Shown here: piece after piece, positions 58,473-64,000 of the stretch | Numbering within the stretch: the stretch's first letter is position 1 | How the letters are laid out: the number at the start of each line of letters is the position of its first letter | NCBI GenBank assembly: GCA_017541325.1 | Contig: JAFXZI010000005.1 | Location: 6,074 to 70,073, forward strand | Direction: 5' to 3' | Source: Bacilli bacterium | Lineage (GTDB): Bacteria; Bacillota_I; Bacilli_A; RF39; UBA660 | Length of the DNA: 64,000 bases | The notes under the pieces: model-generated | Told to the model about the DNA's origin: nothing | The model's input: only the letters and a program-made list of their open reading frames with translations | Databases searched by the model: none | Translations under genes and position numbers: made by a program

Positions 58473-58484
58473 AATGGAGGATTT

Positions 58485-59225
58485 ATGATAGATATAAAAA
58501 AAATAGAAGAAGAATTAGTTTCATATTTGGAAGAATTTGATCATTCTAAAGAAAAGATTGCTTTAAAACATGAACATTCTTTAGAAGTTGTAAAAGTAAT
58601 GAATATGATAGTTTCTAAAATGAATTTAACAGAAGAAGATAAAAATCTTGCTTTAACAATTGCTTATCTTCATGATATAGGAAGATTTGAACAATTAGTT
58701 AAGATTGGTAAGTTTGATGATTTTATATATGATCATGCCGATAATGGAGTAGATTTATTATTTAACAGAGGATTAATAAAGAAGTTTAGTATTCCAGAAG
58801 AGTATTATAGAATTATTAATGTTGCTATTAAAAATCATAATAAATTATCTATAGAAGAAGGATTAACTGATCAAGAATTATTCTATAGTAAATTAATTAG
58901 AGATGCTGATAAAATTGATATATTTCGAGTGAGACATAAGTATAATCAAGATTTATTTTTAGAAACACCTAATTCTGAAAATATTAAAGATTTTTATGAT
59001 CATAAATCAATTGATTTAAAAAATAGAGTTTCAAAAAGTGATGCTATTTTATGTGTTTTAGCTTTTGTATATGATTTGAATTTTAAAGAAAGTTTTGATG
59101 TATTAAAAGAATTAGATTATTTAAATATGTATATAAGTAGTATAAAAGTAGATGATTCTGTTAAAGAAGAATTTAATGGATATATTGAAGAAATAAATAA
59201 ATATATGGAGGATTATAATGAATAA
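58485..59225 (+). CDS. HD-domain metal-dependent phosphohydrolase
   Basis: ATG at 58485 behind ggagg. The ORF-track start at 58431 lies inside the T-box and is rejected. HD motifs are HEHSLEV and AYLHDIGRF, with a later DADKID. Confidence 0.8.
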   Translation: MIDIKKIEEELVSYLEEFDHSKEKIALKHEHSLEVVKVMNMIVSKMNLTEEDKNLALTIAYLHDIGRFEQLVKIGKFDDFIYDHADNGVDLLFNRGLIKKFSIPEEYYRIINVAIKNHNKLSIEEGLTDQELFYSKLIRDADKIDIFRVRHKYNQDLFLETPNSENIKDFYDHKSIDLKNRVSKSDAILCVLAFVYDLNFKESFDVLKELDYLNMYISSIKVDDSVKEEFNGYIEEINKYMEDYNE

Positions 59226-60513
59226 GAAAAATATAATAGTAATAATTTTGATAATACTTATAATTTGTTTAACTATAGCAGGAGTATATTTTATTAATAA
59301 AAAAGAAAAACCAAGAAATGTAAATGAACCAACTGGAGAAAAACCAATAGATAAACCTGCTGATTTAGAAGTAACACTTAATAATAAATTTAATATGGAT
59401 ATTATAAAAATAGTTAATAGTAAAGAAAAAGATAATTATTTAATTAGTCCATATTCTATGGAAATAGCTCTTAATATGTTAAAAGAAGGAGCTGATGGAG
59501 AGTCATTTAATCAAATAGATAAAGTAATTCCTACAAGAAATATTACTGTATTTAATGTCAAAAATAGAATATCTGTTGCTAATGCTTTATTTATTAAAGA
59601 TAGTGAAAAATCAACTATTTATGATAGTTATATTTCAAAATTAAAAACATCTTATAATGCAGATTTAATTTATGATAAGTTTACTACTCCAAATAAAATA
59701 AATAATTGGGTAGAAGAAAAAACTTATAAAATGATTCCTAAGATTTTAGATAGTATACCAAAAGACTTTGTTCTTGGTATGGCTAATGCTGTTGCTATAG
59801 ATGTTAATTGGAGTAGTCAATTTGAATGTAATAGAACTGTTGAAGATAGTTTTACTACTCCAACAGGAGTTAAAAAAGTAGAAATGATGAATAGAAATTT
59901 TTCACAAGTTGAATATATTAAAAACGATGATGAAATAGGTATTATTTTACCATATTTTAGTTATACAAAAACTGGTGAAGTTGATTATGAAGATAAAGAA
60001 GAATCTACTAGATTAGAATTTGTTGCAATTATGCCAACTAAAAAGGATGTTAGAACTTATATTAATGATTTAACTCCAGATTTATATAATAATGTTATAA
60101 ATAGTAAAAAGAGTTTAAATGAAAATCAAGAAGTAAGATTATCTTTACCTAGATTCGAGTATGATTTTGATGATCAACATTTTATGTATGATTTAATTGA
60201 TTTAGGTATAAAAGATGTATTTGATCAAAATTTAGCAAATTTAAGTAAAATAAGTAAAAATAAACTATATGTTAGTCAAGCTATTCATATGACTCATATC
60301 TCTTTAAATGAAAAAGGAACAAAAGCTGCTGCTGTAACTTATTTTGGTCTTGAAAAAAGTGCTGCTGCTTTTGATGAAAAACAATATATTGACATAAAAT
60401 TTGATAAACCATTTATGTATATAATAAGAGATTCAAAAACTAAAGAAATGTTATTCTTTGGTGTTGTAGAAAGTCCAAATGAATGGAAGGGTACAACTTG
60501 TAGTGAAAAATAG
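59218..60513 (+). CDS. Membrane-anchored serpin (serine protease inhibitor family), inhibitory-type hinge
   Basis: N-terminal TM IIVIILIILIICLTIAGVYFI. YLISPYSMEIALNMLKEGADGESF. Hinge/RCL NEKGTKAAAVTYFGLEKSAAAF. C-terminal FDKPFMYIIRDSKTKEMLFFGVVESP. 8-nt overlap with the HD gene. Confidence 0.9.
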   Translation: MNKKNIIVIILIILIICLTIAGVYFINKKEKPRNVNEPTGEKPIDKPADLEVTLNNKFNMDIIKIVNSKEKDNYLISPYSMEIALNMLKEGADGESFNQIDKVIPTRNITVFNVKNRISVANALFIKDSEKSTIYDSYISKLKTSYNADLIYDKFTTPNKINNWVEEKTYKMIPKILDSIPKDFVLGMANAVAIDVNWSSQFECNRTVEDSFTTPTGVKKVEMMNRNFSQVEYIKNDDEIGIILPYFSYTKTGEVDYEDKEESTRLEFVAIMPTKKDVRTYINDLTPDLYNNVINSKKSLNENQEVRLSLPRFEYDFDDQHFMYDLIDLGIKDVFDQNLANLSKISKNKLYVSQAIHMTHISLNEKGTKAAAVTYFGLEKSAAAFDEKQYIDIKFDKPFMYIIRDSKTKEMLFFGVVESPNEWKGTTCSEK

Positions 60514-60521
60514 GAGGGTTT

Positions 60522-63059
60522 ATGGAAGAACTTGAAAAGAAATATAATCATGAAGAAGTAGAAAAAAATAAATATGATGAATGGTTAAAGAAAGATTATT
60601 TTAAATGTGATGAAGAAAGTGCAAAAAAACCATTTTGTATAGTTTTACCTCCACCAAATGTTACAGGAGTATTGCATTTAGGACATGCTTGGGATGTAAC
60701 ATTACAAGATATTATAATTCGTTATAAAAAGATGGAAGGTTATGATACATTATGGCTTCCTGGAATGGATCATGCTGCTATTGCAACAGAAGCAAAAGTA
60801 GTACAAAGATTAAAAGATAAAGGAATTAATAAATACGAATATGGTAGAGAAAAATTCTTAGATGCTTGTTGGAATTGGACTCATGAACATGGAGATATAA
60901 TTAGACAACAATGGGCAAAACTTGGAATAGCACTTGACTATAGTAAAGAAAGGTTTACTCTAGATGAAGGTCTATCTCTAGCAGTAAAAAAGGTATTTGT
61001 AGATTATTACAATAAAGGACTAATTTATCGCGGAGAAAAGATAATTAACTGGGATCCAGCTGCTCAAACAGCTTTATCTAATGAAGAAGTTATTTATAAA
61101 GAAGAAAAAAGTGCATTTTATCATATCAAATATAAATTAGAAGATAGTGATGAATACCTAGACGTTGCAACAACTCGTCCAGAAACACTTTTTGGTGATA
61201 CTGCAGTTGCAGTTAATGAACTTGATGAAAGATATAAGAAGTTTGTTGGTAAAAATGTAATCTTACCTCTTGTTAATAAACCAATTCCAGTTATTACAGA
61301 TGAACATGCTGATATGACTAAAGGAACAGGATGTGTTAAGATTACTCCAGCACATGATCCTAATGACTTTGAAGTAGGTAATCGTCATAATTTAGAAAGA
61401 ATTGTAATTATGAATGACGATGCTACTATGAACGAAAATGTTCCTGAAAAATATCAAGGAATGACAAGAGAAGAGTGTCGTGAAGAAACATTAAAAGATT
61501 TAGAAGAATTAGGACTTCTTCTTGAAGTAGAACCATTAACTCACGAAGTAGGACATTCAGAACGTACTGGGGTTATGGTAGAACCAATGATTAAAAAACA
61601 ATGGTTTGTTAAAATGAGATCTTTAGCTGATCGTGTACTTGATACTCAAAAGAAGAAAGATGAAAAAGTAAATTTTGTACCATCAAGATATGAAAAAACA
61701 ATGAATCACTGGATGGAAATAACTTATGACTGGTGTATTTCTCGTCAATTATGGTGGGGACATAGAATTCCTGCATGGTATAAAGGTGATGAGATTTATG
61801 TTGGAATGGATGCACCTACTGGTGATGGATGGATTCAAGATGAAGACGTTTTAGATACTTGGTTTAGCAGTGCTTTATGGCCTTTTGCAACTTTAGGTTG
61901 GCCAGAACAAACAAAACTACTTGAAAAATACTATCCAAATCAATGCTTAGTTACTGGATATGATATTATTCCATTCTGGGTTAATAGAATGACTTTCCAA
62001 GGAGAAGAATTGCTTGGTCAAAGACCATTTGAAGATTGTTTAATTCATGGACTTATTCGTGATAAACAAGGAAGAAAATTCAGCAAGAGTTTAGGTAATG
62101 GAATTGATCCATTTGATATGGTTGAAGCTTATGGAGCTGACTCACTTCGTTATTACTTAGCAACTGATGTAGCTCCTGGAACAGATATGAGATTTGATGA
62201 AGAAAAGATTAAATCAACATGGAATTATATCAACAAAATATGGAATGCATCTCGTTTTACTTTAATGAATATTTCTGATTTAAAAGAAGTAAAACTTGAT
62301 AATTTAAAATTAGAAGATAAATGGATTTTAACTAAATTAGAAAAAACTATTCATAATGTAAAAAAATATATGGATAAATATCAATTTAATAATGCTGGTG
62401 CTGCAATATATGATTTTTCATGGAATTATTTCTGTGATTACTATATAGAAATGTCTAAGTATTCTAGTGATAGTGAAACAACAAAATCTGTATTATGTTA
62501 TGTATTAACTGGTATTTTAAAAATGTTACATCCATTTATGCCATATGTAACTGAAGAAATATATCAAAAACTTCCTGTAAAAGAAGCTGAATCAATTATG
62601 ATAACTGAATATCCAAAATATTCTAAAAAATATATTTTTGAAAAAGAAGAACAAATTATTGATGATCAAATAGATTTCATTAAAAACTTTAGAAATATAA
62701 AAGCAGAAAATAACATAACAAAAGATATGAAAGTTTTATTTGAATCTAATAATGATAATGAACTAATTATTAATATGTTAAAAATTAAAGAAAACTTAGT
62801 TACTGAACCACTAGATATAAAAGCATATAAAGTTTTCTCAAAAGATGTAAAAGCAACAATATACTTTGAAAAACAAGAAACAGAAGAAGATAAATTAGCT
62901 CGTGAAAATCAAATAAAAGTATTAACTGAGTCAATTAAAAGACGTGAACAATTACTTGCTAATACAAATTATGTTAATAAAGCACCTGCTAATATAGTAG
63001 AAGCTGATAGACAAAAACTAATAGAAGAAAAGAAAAAATTAGAAGAATTAACTAAATAA
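60522..63059 (+). CDS. valS: Valyl-tRNA synthetase
   Basis: HIGH region PPPNVTGVLHLGHA. KMSKS region RKFSKSLGN. CP1 editing domain. C-terminal coiled coil. 845 aa. Starts 8 nt after the serpin stop. Confidence 0.97.
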   Translation: MEELEKKYNHEEVEKNKYDEWLKKDYFKCDEESAKKPFCIVLPPPNVTGVLHLGHAWDVTLQDIIIRYKKMEGYDTLWLPGMDHAAIATEAKVVQRLKDKGINKYEYGREKFLDACWNWTHEHGDIIRQQWAKLGIALDYSKERFTLDEGLSLAVKKVFVDYYNKGLIYRGEKIINWDPAAQTALSNEEVIYKEEKSAFYHIKYKLEDSDEYLDVATTRPETLFGDTAVAVNELDERYKKFVGKNVILPLVNKPIPVITDEHADMTKGTGCVKITPAHDPNDFEVGNRHNLERIVIMNDDATMNENVPEKYQGMTREECREETLKDLEELGLLLEVEPLTHEVGHSERTGVMVEPMIKKQWFVKMRSLADRVLDTQKKKDEKVNFVPSRYEKTMNHWMEITYDWCISRQLWWGHRIPAWYKGDEIYVGMDAPTGDGWIQDEDVLDTWFSSALWPFATLGWPEQTKLLEKYYPNQCLVTGYDIIPFWVNRMTFQGEELLGQRPFEDCLIHGLIRDKQGRKFSKSLGNGIDPFDMVEAYGADSLRYYLATDVAPGTDMRFDEEKIKSTWNYINKIWNASRFTLMNISDLKEVKLDNLKLEDKWILTKLEKTIHNVKKYMDKYQFNNAGAAIYDFSWNYFCDYYIEMSKYSSDSETTKSVLCYVLTGILKMLHPFMPYVTEEIYQKLPVKEAESIMITEYPKYSKKYIFEKEEQIIDDQIDFIKNFRNIKAENNITKDMKVLFESNNDNELIINMLKIKENLVTEPLDIKAYKVFSKDVKATIYFEKQETEEDKLARENQIKVLTESIKRREQLLANTNYVNKAPANIVEADRQKLIEEKKKLEELTK

Positions 63060-63078
63060 AGTTATTTCTTCTTTTTTT
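63041..63078 (+). terminator. Rho-independent terminator after valS
   Basis: The agaagaattaac/gttatttcttct stem (one mismatch) encloses the stop codon and is followed by T6. Confidence 0.6.
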
Positions 63079-63116
63079 ATGTTATAATTAAATAAGAATA
63101 GAATGGAGAGTTGTTT

Positions 63117-64000
63117 ATGAAAATATATATTATAGAGGACAACAGTATAACTAGTTTAGTATTACCACAAGTTGTAGGTGGTAACTATCAAGTTAAAAAT
63201 AAAGATAATGAAAACTTAATAACTATATCTTCAAAGGACAATAACTGGTATGCCAATGGTGATATGTATTTTAAAATATTTGACGGACAAAATGTTCGTA
63301 ATGAAGTACAACTATCCAACTTTCTACATTTAGTTATTCATGAAGAAGAAAAAGATAAGAACTATATAATGATTACTGCCCCTGTTAAAGAGGAGTTTAA
63401 TGATTTTAAATCTAGTATAAAAGAAATAAAAATAGGTAAAAATAAAGATAATGAATTAATCTATAATTCTTCATTAATAAAAGATGTACACGCTAAAATA
63501 ACTAATGCAAATGGTTCTTGGACAATTGAAAGAGAAAAAGACTCTACTGGAATATTTGTTAATGGACAAATAATGAGTGCTTTATCTCAAAGATTATTAT
63601 TTGGTGATGAAGTATTTATTTATGGATTAAAAATAATTATAATGCCTAACGATATATATATAAATAATCTAGGTAATAATATTATTTTAAAAGAAGGATT
63701 ATTTGTTGACGCACCAAAGAAACCAGCACCAGATATTTCTTTATCTGAAAAAGATGGTAATGAAAATGTTGTAAAATTATATGAAGAAAATGATTATTTT
63801 GCACGTAAACCAGCATTTTCTGAAAAGGTTAAAACAGAACATTTTATTCTAGATAATCATCCAGAAATTCCAGAAGAAGATGATACTCCAATATTATTAA
63901 CTGTTGGACCTATGTTAACTATGGCTATGTCTTCTATAATTACAATAGTAGTTGCTTTTAACAATCTTCAAAATGGAGGAAAACTTATTTCTGTTATTCC
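63117..64000 (+). CDS. essC: N-terminal part of an FtsK/SpoIIIE-family type VII secretion ATPase (EssC/YukB-like); 3' end outside window
   Basis: Not in the ORF track because it is open to the window edge. I translated ATG 63117 onward with no stop. FHA-like segments (NELIYNSSLIKDVHAKI...GIFVNGQIMS...LLFGDEVFIYGLKIII) are followed by a TM region ILLTVGPMLTMAMSSIITIVVAF, the EssC N-terminal architecture. Confidence 0.6.
   Translation, partial: MKIYIIEDNSITSLVLPQVVGGNYQVKNKDNENLITISSKDNNWYANGDMYFKIFDGQNVRNEVQLSNFLHLVIHEEEKDKNYIMITAPVKEEFNDFKSSIKEIKIGKNKDNELIYNSSLIKDVHAKITNANGSWTIEREKDSTGIFVNGQIMSALSQRLLFGDEVFIYGLKIIIMPNDIYINNLGNNIILKEGLFVDAPKKPAPDISLSEKDGNENVVKLYEENDYFARKPAFSEKVKTEHFILDNHPEIPEEDDTPILLTVGPMLTMAMSSIITIVVAFNNLQNGGKLISVI

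Noticed and set aside
58431-58484. ORF-track N-terminal extension (MVPRFFALIGIIFFNGGF) of the HD-domain gene
   Set aside because: This stretch is the T-box/antiterminator and terminator RNA. The real start is the ATG at 58485 behind GGAGG. Similar spurious 5' extensions were trimmed at 5393, 7815, 13524, 20178, 21773, 29315, 42846, 44618, 51211 and 54732.
1-64000. Possibility that TGA encodes Trp (code 4) or another amino acid, prompted by the in-frame TGA at 19160-19162
   Set aside because: Genes of 1878, 1602, 1278 and 977 codons are free of in-frame TGA, and Trp is written TGG throughout. TGA therefore behaves as a stop, and the 19160 case is a local event.
1-64000. CRISPR arrays, rRNA genes, transposases/IS elements, retron/DGR-type reverse transcriptases, restriction-modification genes
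   Set aside because: Scanning found no regularly spaced direct repeats, rRNA-like sequence or matching catalytic motifs. The only DNA-level repeats are intragenic (protein repeats) or terminator palindromes.

Overview
AT-rich (by eye about 70% A+T, not computed) chromosomal segment of a Bacillota/Firmicutes-type bacterium using the standard genetic code. Lineage markers are PolC plus DnaE, SigA, a T-box leader and EssC. I cannot assign a genus. About 45 credible genes, all but four on the + strand. Most have GGTGA/GGAGG-type RBSs and many have their own hairpin plus T-run terminator.

Layout:
(i) 1-7.9 kb: Gram-positive-style type IV secretion (T4SS) core. It holds a VirB4-like ATPase preceded by a separately encoded N-domain protein, a SpoIID+GH73 cell-wall hydrolase, a lipoprotein, and a VirD4/TraG coupling protein with a long low-complexity tail.
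(ii) 7.9-14.2 kb: membrane-anchored unknowns plus a 1278-aa protein with a type IV prepilin leader, six InlB-type B repeats and a Cys-rich ephrin-receptor-like block.
(iii) asnS, a polytopic membrane protein, tRNA-Cys(GCA).
(iv) About 5 kb islet after the tRNA holding the only minus-strand genes: two divergent paralogues of unknown function, a lipoprotein gene broken by one in-frame TGA, a zinc-ribbon membrane protein, an XRE regulator, an NTase-fold protein and a DMT transporter.
(v) dnaE, tig, a phosphohexomutase, a 1602-aa alpha-2-macroglobulin-like surface protein, topA.
(vi) A VirB2-like/VirB6-like membrane protein pair wedged between topA and polA.
(vii) polA, mutM, truB, an over-long polC (1878 aa), an orphan acidic 571-aa protein, dnaG, sigA, trmK.
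(viii) A second prepilin-leader protein, then a T-box leader driving an HD-domain gene, a membrane-anchored serpin and valS.
(ix) The 5' end of essC (type VII secretion) at the right edge.

Most interesting:
- T4SS parts are dispersed among essential genes, with no relaxase, integrase or transposase in view.
- Giant modular type IV pilin-like proteins sit far from any visible assembly genes.
- A serpin is embedded in a tRNA-Val-sensing T-box operon.
- PolC carries several inserted modules.

No rRNA, CRISPR array, transposase or integrase was recognised. All homology statements are by-eye motif recognition, not searches.
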